Position numbers and translations under genes: made by a program. A DNA stretch of 33,004 nucleotides, from assembly GCA_001821475.1 (NCBI GenBank), contig MHMF01000002.1:1-33004 (forward strand), read 5' to 3'. Below the pieces are notes generated by a model. It saw only the letters and a program-made list of their open reading frames with translations, was not told the origin of the DNA and made no database searches. Of this stretch, positions 8,903 to 16,371 are shown piece after piece. The DNA comes from Candidatus Nealsonbacteria bacterium RIFCSPLOWO2_01_FULL_38_120 (lineage in GTDB: Bacteria; Patescibacteriota; Minisyncoccia; Minisyncoccales; GWA2-38-27). Each line of letters begins with the position of its first letter. Positions within the stretch are counted from its first letter, which is position 1.

Positions 8903-10276
8903 AAGATTATTTACTACTTCCTTAAAAATTTCTGGCGGTTGTTTGCCTAAAACTATTTCTCCATTTTCGTTCAATAAGAACCCAATTTGTTTTTCGGCGA
9001 TAGATTTTTCCTTGCTACCGAAAACTACAACTGTCCTTAAGATTGAATCGGGATTGTGCGATGGTTTGATAATTTTCTTCTCAATATATGAGAAGTTTTT
9101 TAATTCGCTGATACCTGATTTACGAGTAGCGTATCTTTTGCCCTCAACGTTTATTATCTGATTTCTTTCAGGATCATAAATAATCATATCTGGGAGATAT
9201 ATAATCATCGTTTTGTCTCCAGATTTATATATTGCTCTTTTGCCTTCCTGGTATTTTCCGATTGCCATTGCTCCTAATGTTTTATGCATAAAATAACCTC
9301 GCTCTGAGCCACCATGATTTGCATAAATTACTTCTGCCTTAGTATATGCTAAAAGCGTAACATGCAAAAAGATTGTAGCCATTTTCTCTTGCGAAGCTTC
9401 GTAGTGCCAATAACTCTCGTGACTAATCGTAACTGGCAGCCTTAAGCCCTCCAGCTTAATATCCAAGTGGTTAGCAATCTGAATAAATTTATTGTCCCTG
9501 CCCAAGTTTTCTTGTTTTAAACCGTGATGAGTAATAATAATATCTTTATCCTTTTCCCATTTTCTAATACATGCAGCGATAATAGTGAGAGCGCCTATGT
9601 TAGGATCATGTCCGATGCCTCCAGATTTATATAACCTCCCAGAAACTTCTATACGATTAGAAAGAATCTTAATCTGAATTGGTACATTACCCGCTGGTGG
9701 TTTTCTCATCGAATTTTTAGCCGAAACTAATTCGGCAAGATTAGAAAATGGCTTCATTACCGCCTCATCATAAACCTTACCCATAATTTCAACCCCGATA
9801 GTCTTTAACATTCTTGTACCGAATATATTTGTTTCTGTTGGTTTTTCCTTTTGAGAAATCTGAAGATTATAAAGCATAATCTTCTTAACGTTCGGATAAT
9901 AAAAATCAATGTAAACGAATTTACTGCATCGTTGATATACTCCCGTATTTCGAGATTCCGAATCGTCAGTCTTGGTTTCCTCAATCGCATATAAAGGTTT
10001 TGAACTCTGATCTGGTTCTTTCTCCTGGTAAAAAACAAGAAAGTCGACAAAGCTGGAATTGCCACTGGCAATTTTGATAAACACATTATCAAAGTCTTTG
10101 GAAACAACACCCTCGGTTTTATAAGTAAACAGAAAATGACCCCCTTTAATAATGGGGACTATGCGTAATTTGTTAATCTTTATCTGAAGATTAAAATCAG
10201 CAGCCATCTTTTCTAAGATAACTTGGATTACGCCACCTTTCGGCATTTCTTCTGTGAGAATCCAAACATTCTTCAT
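8891..10276 (-). CDS. Putative restriction endonuclease (461 aa) with a C-terminal PD-ExK motif
   Basis: It is convergent with the second methyltransferase and overlaps it by 12 nt. The C-terminal motif YLPDMIIYDPERNQIINVEGKRY fits PD...ExK. No other family recognised. The call rests mainly on context. Confidence 0.6.
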   Translation of the reverse strand: MKNVWILTEEMPKGGVIQVILEKMAADFNLQIKINKLRIVPIIKGGHFLFTYKTEGVVSKDFDNVFIKIASGNSSFVDFLVFYQEKEPDQSSKPLYAIEETKTDDSESRNTGVYQRCSKFVYIDFYYPNVKKIMLYNLQISQKEKPTETNIFGTRMLKTIGVEIMGKVYDEAVMKPFSNLAELVSAKNSMRKPPAGNVPIQIKILSNRIEVSGRLYKSGGIGHDPNIGALTIIAACIRKWEKDKDIIITHHGLKQENLGRDNKFIQIANHLDIKLEGLRLPVTISHESYWHYEASQEKMATIFLHVTLLAYTKAEVIYANHGGSERGYFMHKTLGAMAIGKYQEGKRAIYKSGDKTMIIYLPDMIIYDPERNQIINVEGKRYATRKSGISELKNFSYIEKKIIKPSHNPDSILRTVVVFGSKEKSIAEKQIGFLLNENGEIVLGKQPPEIFKEVVNNLLTS

Positions 10277-10380
10277 GAATTCAAAATATCACGAAATAAT
10301 AAATTTTACTACCCCAAGATGCTAAGATTTTGTAAATTCCTGTCAGATTTTGTCAGAAAAGTTGTCCACAGAAATTAGCC

Positions 10381-10408
10381 TTGACCTTCGCCCATATCCT
10401 GGTAAAAT
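10381..10408 (+). promoter_or_regulatory. Sigma70-like promoter: TTGACC, 16-nt spacer, extended -10 TGgTAAAAT
   Basis: TTGACC at 10381-10386. TG at 10400-10401. TAAAAT at 10403-10408. It is preceded by two TGTCAGA direct repeats at 10341 and 10351. Confidence 0.45.
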
Positions 10409-10414
10409 CAAAGT

Positions 10415-10552
10415 GTAGACAGAAGCGGAAAGGATCACCGCTAAAAGCCCAAAAAATTATAGAAGACTTAGTGAGCAAGTAGGGCTATAACTTCTGTTCT
10501 CAATCAGCAAGATTAGAAATTGATTGAGGACGAGAAGTTGTAGCCCTTTTTT
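10415..10552 (+). ncRNA. Candidate small RNA or 5' leader of about 135 nt ending in a long terminator-like hairpin
   Basis: It lies between the predicted promoter and the T-run. It has a small hairpin AGCGG...CCGCT, then a 65-nt hairpin. No ORF is present on this strand. Confidence 0.3.
10482..10552 (+). terminator. Long imperfect hairpin followed by TTTTTT (intrinsic terminator or attenuator)
   Basis: Left arm GGGCTATAACTTCTGTTCTCAATCA (10482-10506) pairs with right arm TGATTGAGGACGAGAAGTTGTAGCCC (10521-10546). The loop is 14 nt. The T-run is at 10547-10552. Confidence 0.5.
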
Positions 10553-10657
10553 GTTTGTAAATTATTAAATTCCCTTCTGAGGCTAAGTGCCTGGATGGCA
10601 AGACATTTTTCTATAAGAACAAGATAAAGGCTGGCTCCCAGCAGGGGCAAGCCTTTT

Positions 10658-10858
10658 ATGTTGCCCCCAAAAGCCATACAAGAATTCAAAGAATTATACA
10701 AAAAGCGCTACGGCGTGGAGCTTTCCGATGCCGAAGCTTCTTTTCGTGCCAATAACCTTTTCAAGCTCTACAAGATCGTCTACATGGGTGAACCTTCTGT
10801 GGAAGGTCTCGAAATAAAACCAACGAAAAATTATGTCCCAAAACCAAACAATAATTAG
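10658..10858 (+). CDS. Small hypothetical protein (66 aa), first gene of the element's compact plus-strand module
   Basis: The ORF overlaps the next gene by 26 nt, giving phage-like packing. No domain recognised. Confidence 0.5.
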   Translation: MLPPKAIQEFKELYKKRYGVELSDAEASFRANNLFKLYKIVYMGEPSVEGLEIKPTKNYVPKPNNN

Positions 10859-11144
10859 CGAAATTCAATTCTACCCCGTTAAGCCCAAAGATGGTCTTTT
10901 AGGATTTGTTTCATTTGTCGTGGACGACAAGTTTTGGATGGGATCAATAGCGGTATTCACTCGGCTGGAAGGCGGCTATCGTCTGGTTTATCCCACCCGC
11001 AAGGTCGGCAGTCAGAATATAAATATTTTTCACCCGATTAATCGTGACGCAAGTCTACAGGTCGAATCTGCCGTGATCAAAAAAGTAGAACAAATATTTA
11101 ATGAAGATTATAAATCAACCGAACCAACAGAAAAAATGTGGTAA
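10833..11144 (+). CDS. SpoVG-like nucleic-acid-binding protein
   Basis: IQFYPVKPKDGLLGFVSFVVDDKFWMGSIAVF...FHPINRDASLQVESAVIKKV parallels SpoVG. In SpoVG the N-terminal strand is followed by AHPIN and a helix. Confidence 0.7.
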   Translation: MSQNQTIISEIQFYPVKPKDGLLGFVSFVVDDKFWMGSIAVFTRLEGGYRLVYPTRKVGSQNINIFHPINRDASLQVESAVIKKVEQIFNEDYKSTEPTEKMW

Positions 11145-11520
11145 GCACGCAAACTTCTTCCCAGCACCACATAGAGTTTTTGATGATGAAGAACTCCGCA
11201 TTCAGCTGAGCCACGCAGACAGGGATTTTTATATAGCACTTTGCCACTTAGCTAATCGACACGCTAATGAAAATGGATGGTTTCGACACATCGACGGCGA
11301 ATTCAAAACTCTGAAGGGAAAACGAAAAGGATTTGTTTCTTATGGGTTCGGCTCAACAACCTGCAAAAGAGCCAGGAAAAAACTTATAGCTCTTGGCCTA
11401 ATTGAAACAAAAGAAAATCCAGAAAAACGAGGTAAAACAGGTGGCACTATGTATCGAATTTGTATAGAGAGTTGGAATAACCCTATAGACCAAAATGGTC
11501 TTAAGAACAGACCACCATGA
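11101..11520 (+). CDS. Putative winged-helix DNA-binding protein (replication-initiator or regulator-like)
   Basis: The ORF overlaps the upstream gene by 44 nt. The segment FYIALCHLANR...STTCKRARKKLIALGLIE looks like a wHTH. The call is weak. Confidence 0.5.
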   Translation: MKIINQPNQQKKCGKHANFFPAPHRVFDDEELRIQLSHADRDFYIALCHLANRHANENGWFRHIDGEFKTLKGKRKGFVSYGFGSTTCKRARKKLIALGLIETKENPEKRGKTGGTMYRICIESWNNPIDQNGLKNRPP

Positions 11521-11658
11521 GCCATAGCATAAGACCGCAAAGGTCTCCATATTAAAAAAGAAGTATTAAGAAATTAATTAATAAAGCATAAGTAATGCAC
11601 ACAAGCGTGCTAAAAAAATAAATAAATTGTGAATCAAATAAATTCCACAACTTCAAAG

Positions 11659-12237
11659 ATGCCAAAAGAAACCGAACAGCAATACACGGCATGGCTTTTG
11701 TATTGCGAAGCGGGCAGCCTGGTAAAGACATTAATCCTATGGGGTAATGTTGGGCAAAGTGTGGGTGAAATGGGGGTGGAATTTGCCGAACGGCTTGGCA
11801 AAAAACCGAGCGATACGACACTGGAAAGATGGTCGAAAAAATATCACTGGGTTGAAAGGCGTGAGATTAAATTAACGGAAGACTTAGAAGCTCTACGGCA
11901 AAAGACCAAAAAGATAAAGCGAGAAAAACTTCACAAGATCGCTGAGATCTTCGACAAGATCACTAATAAAGTCCTTAAAAGACTTCGGGGAGATGAGGAG
12001 CCTTCCATTTCAGAATGGAAAATGGTCTGGGAGATGTTCCAGATTGAGCTTGGAAAACCGACCAGTAGGGGTGAATTAAAAACAGAATCAGAACAAAGAC
12101 TGCCAACGTCCGAAGAAAGGGAGCATGGGAAAAGACTTCATAAAGCTGTGGAATGGTATTTGGACAATGAACTGGACGATGAAGACAAATGGCAAGAATT
12201 TCAAGAGCTCATTGAGAAAAACAAAAAAACAAGGTAA
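11659..12237 (+). CDS. Hypothetical HTH-like protein, possibly terminase-small-subunit-like or a regulator
   Basis: ATG at 11659; the track starts at GTG 11629. The N-terminal segment QQYTAWLLYCEAGS...TTLERWSKKYHWVERRE resembles phage HTH modules. The C-terminus is charged and coiled. Confidence 0.5.
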   Translation: MPKETEQQYTAWLLYCEAGSLVKTLILWGNVGQSVGEMGVEFAERLGKKPSDTTLERWSKKYHWVERREIKLTEDLEALRQKTKKIKREKLHKIAEIFDKITNKVLKRLRGDEEPSISEWKMVWEMFQIELGKPTSRGELKTESEQRLPTSEEREHGKRLHKAVEWYLDNELDDEDKWQEFQELIEKNKKTR

Positions 12238-12245
12238 AATATAAT

Positions 12246-12388
12246 TGCGTCCTACAAGTTTGAATTAAGGCACAGGGTAATTGCTTCTTTGAAGCCCAAT
12301 TGCGGGCTGAAAGGGGCAGCTATCCTCCACAATTGGTTGCCTTGTGCAATTCAATCTTGTGGGACGCAGGCTCTGGCTGTCCCTTTTT
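12246..12388 (+). promoter_or_regulatory. Structured intergenic RNA element: a long closing helix of about 28 bp and inner helices, overlapping an intrinsic terminator (attenuator or riboswitch-like layout)
   Basis: Arm 12246-12276 (TGCGTCCTACAAGTTTGAATTAAGGCACAGG) pairs with arm 12340-12368 (CCTTGTGCAATTCAATCTTGTGGGACGCA). An inner CCAATTG/CAATTGG helix is present. The terminator GGGAC(12361-12365)...GTCCC(12379-12383) is followed by TTTTT (12384-12388). It shares the GGGAC segment with the long helix. Confidence 0.4.
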
Positions 12389-12482
12389 GTTTTCCTTGAC
12401 TTGCTAAAGCCTTTGACCCATGTTGTGTGTTGAGGGGAGAAATCCCAAAAAATCGAATAAAAAATTAATTAATGAACCAAAT

Positions 12483-13367
12483 ATGACAAATAAAGCCAAA
12501 ATTAGCGCCGTAATCGCCATTGTAGCGGTCTTTGGGGCGAGTTATGGAGTTTATCACCTTATAATCAAAGCACCGCAAAATAAAGGCAATGTTGATGTAA
12601 CTTCAATAAAGACATTCGAGCAATGTTCCGAAGCAAGCTTCCCTATAATCAGGCACTATCCAGATCAGTGCCAAACGCCAGACGGCAGAATCTTCATTAA
12701 TGAAAATCCTCCGAGTGAGGCCGAGCTCGCCAAAGCCGAACAAGCGATCAAAACATTCATGGGAGACCCGAACTTGGAGCTGGAATACATAACGCAAAAT
12801 AGGCATCCCGCAAACTTCGGTATCTATAAACCTGCCGATCCGAACGATCCATCAAATACTGACAAGCAAACAGCAATCCGCTATGACTTTACAGAAGAAT
12901 GGGATCGCCCAGTTTACATCTTCCAGCAAACAGAATACATCAACAACCGATGCGAAGTTTATCAATATCAAGTAACCATAAAAACTAACCAGGTCGTGGA
13001 GATAGGTATGGTCTATCCCGAAGGGCTTCAGGCAGAAGCTTCAATCTCTGGAGAGTGCGGTAATGGATCGCTGGAATGGCCACTTAAAACTAAAGAAGAA
13101 ATCGAGCAAGCAGCCTTCGCATATCTGGGCAGAGACTCAGAACACACGGGCTTTCTGGCAAGATCAGATATTCAGCTCGAATACATCTCAAGCAAACCAG
13201 GCGCAGAAAACCCATCTCATAATGAATGGCGCTGGGAAGATAAAAGCTACAAACTGCCAAAAGGGCTTATTGCTGATCCGTTCCCTTATCCAACAATGAG
13301 AATAATAATGTCGAGTGGTAGAAAGCTGGTTTATTATCTCAACACCACCGATTTATTTAATAACTAA
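12483..13367 (+). CDS. Membrane-anchored or secreted hypothetical protein carried by the element
   Basis: ATG at 12483 gives MTNKAKISAVIAIVAVFGASYGVYHLI, an N-terminal TM or signal anchor. The remainder is hydrophilic with scattered Cys. No family recognised. Confidence 0.65.
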   Translation: MTNKAKISAVIAIVAVFGASYGVYHLIIKAPQNKGNVDVTSIKTFEQCSEASFPIIRHYPDQCQTPDGRIFINENPPSEAELAKAEQAIKTFMGDPNLELEYITQNRHPANFGIYKPADPNDPSNTDKQTAIRYDFTEEWDRPVYIFQQTEYINNRCEVYQYQVTIKTNQVVEIGMVYPEGLQAEASISGECGNGSLEWPLKTKEEIEQAAFAYLGRDSEHTGFLARSDIQLEYISSKPGAENPSHNEWRWEDKSYKLPKGLIADPFPYPTMRIIMSSGRKLVYYLNTTDLFNN

Positions 13368-13368
13368 T

Positions 13369-14973
13369 ATGAGCCAAGAGGACTTATTGAAAATTAAATA
13401 CTTCCTCTACGCCAGAAAATCATCTGAACAAGAAGATCGACAAGTGCTTTCAATCGATTCGCAGAAAAGCGAACTGGAATCAGTTGCTAAAAAAGAAGAA
13501 CTGAATATCGTCGGCCGATTTGAAGAATCATATTCAGCGAAAGACCCAGGCCGAAAAATCTTCAATGAAATAATCGGACGAATTGAAAAAGGTGAAGCCA
13601 ATGCTATTCTCGCCTGGCATCCGAATCGCCTCTCAAGAAATTCAGTAGATACGGGGTATTTGATTTATCTGATGGATCAAAACAAACTTCTCGAAATCCG
13701 AACGCCAGGACAAACATTCAAAAATACTCCGAATGACAAATTTCTTCTTAATCTTCTCTGCAGCCAAGCAAAACTTGAAAACGATAATAAAGGTATAGAC
13801 GTAAAGCGTGGCCTAAGACGCAAAGTAGAACTGGGCTGGCATCCAGGCCCAGCGCCGATCGGCTACTTAAACACTCCAGATAAAGAAAAGGGATTCAAAA
13901 CAATTCGCAAAGACCCGAAAATGTTTCCGATGATCCGCAAAATGTTTGATCTGGTCTTAAGCGGAGATTTTACTGCTCCCCGTGTCCATGAAATTGCAGT
14001 TGAGAAATGGGGCTTAAAGAAATTAGCCCGAAGCGGTTTTTACCGCACGTTGTATAATCCTTTCTATTACGGCTGGTTTGAATGGCCGAGAGGCAGCGGT
14101 AATTGGCGTAAGGGCAAACACGAGCCAATGATTACCAGAGAAGAATTCGATCGCATTCAAGAATTAATGCATCCTGGTCAGAAACCAAAGCCTGAAAAAC
14201 ACACCTTCGCTTATACGGGCATGATCCGCTGCGGTGAATGCGGTTGCATGATTACAGCCGAGAATAAGGTCAAAAGAAATAAACAAGGCGGTGAGCATTA
14301 TTATACTTATTATCGCTGTACCAAGCGTCGTGGGCGATGTAGCCAGAAATACATTGAGGTAAAAGAACTTGAAAAACAAATTACAAAAACGCTGGCTGGC
14401 ATAGAAGTACCGCCGGAATTCCATAATTGGGCTATGACTTGGCTTCGGACTGAAAATACCAGAGAATCTAACGACAGGAATACCATCTTAAATAATTTAC
14501 AGAAAAATTATGAAACCTGCGTCAGAAAACTGGACACACTAATCGACATGCGAGCTTCGGGAGAAATAACCGAAGATGAATTTAATAAAAAGAAAACAGC
14601 CGTAGGCCAAGAAAAGGCACGACTTCAAGAACTTTTGAATGATACTGATAAACGCATAGACAGCTGGCTCGAAACCGCAGACAGGGTTATCAAATTCGCT
14701 TCGGATGCCAGAGAAGCTTTCACTGAGCGAGGCCAGTTAGCGAGAAAGATTATTCTTTCCGCCTTAGGTTCGAACCTACTCTTAAAAGGCAAAAAACTCG
14801 AAATTGACGTACAAAATGCGCTTATGCCAATGATGCTCGTCTCATCTGGGGCAAAAATAAAAACTGGTACGTTCGAACCAGTCAAAACAGGCACAAATAA
14901 AGAGAAAAGCGGAGCTTTTGGCTCTGCTCATCCCATATGGCTCCGCGGGCAGGACTCGAACCTGCAACCTTGA
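13369..14973 (+). CDS. Large serine recombinase (integrase)
   Basis: Resolvase catalytic N-terminus YARKSSEQEDRQVLSIDSQ. Recombinase domain present. Zinc ribbon CGECGC...YYRCTKRRGRC. A coiled-coil C-terminus follows. The probable start is ATG 13369; the track gives 13315. The last 12 codons are antisense to tRNA-Asn. Confidence 0.9.
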   Translation: MSQEDLLKIKYFLYARKSSEQEDRQVLSIDSQKSELESVAKKEELNIVGRFEESYSAKDPGRKIFNEIIGRIEKGEANAILAWHPNRLSRNSVDTGYLIYLMDQNKLLEIRTPGQTFKNTPNDKFLLNLLCSQAKLENDNKGIDVKRGLRRKVELGWHPGPAPIGYLNTPDKEKGFKTIRKDPKMFPMIRKMFDLVLSGDFTAPRVHEIAVEKWGLKKLARSGFYRTLYNPFYYGWFEWPRGSGNWRKGKHEPMITREEFDRIQELMHPGQKPKPEKHTFAYTGMIRCGECGCMITAENKVKRNKQGGEHYYTYYRCTKRRGRCSQKYIEVKELEKQITKTLAGIEVPPEFHNWAMTWLRTENTRESNDRNTILNNLQKNYETCVRKLDTLIDMRASGEITEDEFNKKKTAVGQEKARLQELLNDTDKRIDSWLETADRVIKFASDAREAFTERGQLARKIILSALGSNLLLKGKKLEIDVQNALMPMMLVSSGAKIKTGTFEPVKTGTNKEKSGAFGSAHPIWLRGQDSNLQP

Positions 14974-15012
14974 AGTTAACAGCTTCTTGCTCCACCATTG
15001 AGCTACCGCGGA
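14938..15012 (-). tRNA. tRNA-Asn (anticodon GTT) with encoded CCA
   Basis: Cloverleaf folded by hand. Acceptor stem TCCGCGG/CCGCGGA. D arm GCTC..GAGC. Anticodon loop CTGTTAA. T arm GCAGG-TTCGAGT-CCTGC. Discriminator G followed by CCA. Confidence 0.9.
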
Positions 15013-15084
15013 ATAATACTTTAAGGCGTATTTTTATCTTAAATAAATTCAAACTTTTTTTCAATATGATTTTGTTTTTATCGT

Positions 15085-15142
15085 CAATGTCACTGGAACA
15101 CTTCCCTTTATAATTATAGCGGGAAGTGTTCCCCTGACATTG
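15085..15142 (-). terminator. Long perfect hairpin immediately after the rpoD stop; no U-tract
   Basis: CAATGTCA (15085-15092) and GGAACACTTCCC (15095-15106) pair with GGGAAGTGTTCC (15121-15132) and TGACATTG (15135-15142). The loop is 14 nt. Confidence 0.45.
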
Positions 15143-15143
15143 A

Positions 15144-16325
15144 TTAGTATCCTTTCAATTTCTTTAATTTTTCGTGATCGCGAATTTTAGTAAGGGCTTT
15201 TGCTTCAATTTGGCGGATTCTTTCGCGGGTGACGCCAAATTCCTGGCCTACTTCCTCCAGGGTATGAGTGATGCCGTCGCCCAAACCGAACCGCATCGCC
15301 AAAATTTTCTGCTCTCTCGGATTAAGGTCAACCAATATCTCTCCAAATCTTTCCTTAAGCAAGCTCCTTGCCGCTTGAGTGGAAGGCGAAACTGTCTTTT
15401 CATCTTCAACAAATTCAGCTAAAACGCTGTCTTCGTCGTCTTCGCCAACCGGCATTTCCAGGGAAACAGTTTCCTGAGAAATTTTTCTGATATGATGGAC
15501 TTTTTCAACTTCAATGCCCATTTCGGAAGCAACTTCTTCGGGCAAAGGCTCCCTGCCCAAGTCCTGTAAAAGCCGACGCCTTATTTTCGTGTATTTTGAA
15601 ATCGTCTCAACCATATGCACTGGTATCCTTATAGTTCTTGCCTGGTCTGCCAAAGCGCGGGTAACCGCCTGCCGTATCCACCAAGTTGCGTAAGTTGAAA
15701 ATTTATAACCCCGCCTCCAGTCAAATTTTTCAACAGCCCGCCTCAAGCCGATATTCCCCTCTTGCACCAAATCAAGCAATGTCAAATTCGGCGACTTGCC
15801 TATGTATTTTTTCGCAATAGAAACAACCAAGCGTAAATTAGCCCTCATCAGTATTGCCATCGCCTCCTTGTCCCCGCCCTCAATTTTTCTTGCCAGCTCT
15901 TTTTCCTCCTCAGCGGTAAGAAAAGAAACCTTTCCGATTTCTTTCAGATAGAGTTGAACCGGATCAATTTTAACATCTCCTAATCCGGACAAAGCCTTTT
16001 TTTTCTTCGCGTCTTTTTCAACTTCCAAAAATTCTTTCGCTTCTTTTATTTCTATACCTGTTTTATCCATTTCCTCGTAGAGGTCTTCCAAGCCAGCTAT
16101 GTCTCTTTCAACATCCGGAAAAAAAGCCAAAATCTCAGAAGTTGTGACAAACCCTCTTTGCCTGCCTTTAGCGAAAAGGGCATCAATTTTTTCCAGAGTG
16201 AAAACTTTTTTTGCCGCCCGCTTTTTGCGAGATATTTTATTCTTGTGTATTTTTTTATGAATTTTTCTCCCAGCCGCTCTAACTTTTTTCTGTTCTTTTT
16301 GCTTTTTCTTTTTTTCTTTTTTCAT
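15144..16325 (-). CDS. rpoD: RNA polymerase primary sigma factor (sigma-70 family)
   Basis: Region 2 motifs [10 protein letters not shown] and [13 protein letters not shown]. Region 4.2 motif [20 protein letters not shown]. The N-terminal tail is Lys-rich. Confidence 0.95.
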   Translation of the reverse strand: MKKEKKKKQKEQKKVRAAGRKIHKKIHKNKISRKKRAAKKVFTLEKIDALFAKGRQRGFVTTSEILAFFPDVERDIAGLEDLYEEMDKTGIEIKEAKEFLEVEKDAKKKKALSGLGDVKIDPVQLYLKEIGKVSFLTAEEEKELARKIEGGDKEAMAILMRANLRLVVSIAKKYIGKSPNLTLLDLVQEGNIGLRRAVEKFDWRRGYKFSTYATWWIRQAVTRALADQARTIRIPVHMVETISKYTKIRRRLLQDLGREPLPEEVASEMGIEVEKVHHIRKISQETVSLEMPVGEDDEDSVLAEFVEDEKTVSPSTQAARSLLKERFGEILVDLNPREQKILAMRFGLGDGITHTLEEVGQEFGVTRERIRQIEAKALTKIRDHEKLKKLKGY

Positions 16326-16371
16326 AATCGCAGTATGTAAATGCCAGACATCTACATAAACAAAATAGCTG

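Larger units (their letters stand above)
10277..14973 (+). mobile_element. Putative small integrative element at the 3' end of tRNA-Asn; the left boundary is not resolved and could lie further left
   Basis: The serine integrase abuts and overlaps the tRNA 3' half. The plus-strand module is compact, overlapping and phage or plasmid-like. By eye, composition differs from the AT-rich block to the left. Confidence 0.5.

Noticed and set aside
10513-10701. 62-aa minus-strand ORF with a hydrophobic core, convergent with the candidate sRNA (type I toxin-antitoxin idea)
   Set aside because: No promoter or ribosome-binding signal was found. It overlaps the start of the better-supported plus-strand ORF at 10658. 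Its 3' part is just the complementary strand of the hairpin.
14882-15064. 60-aa minus-strand ORF overlapping tRNA-Asn
   Set aside because: The ORF is explained by the tRNA gene and the integrase 3' end. It includes the tRNA sequence itself.
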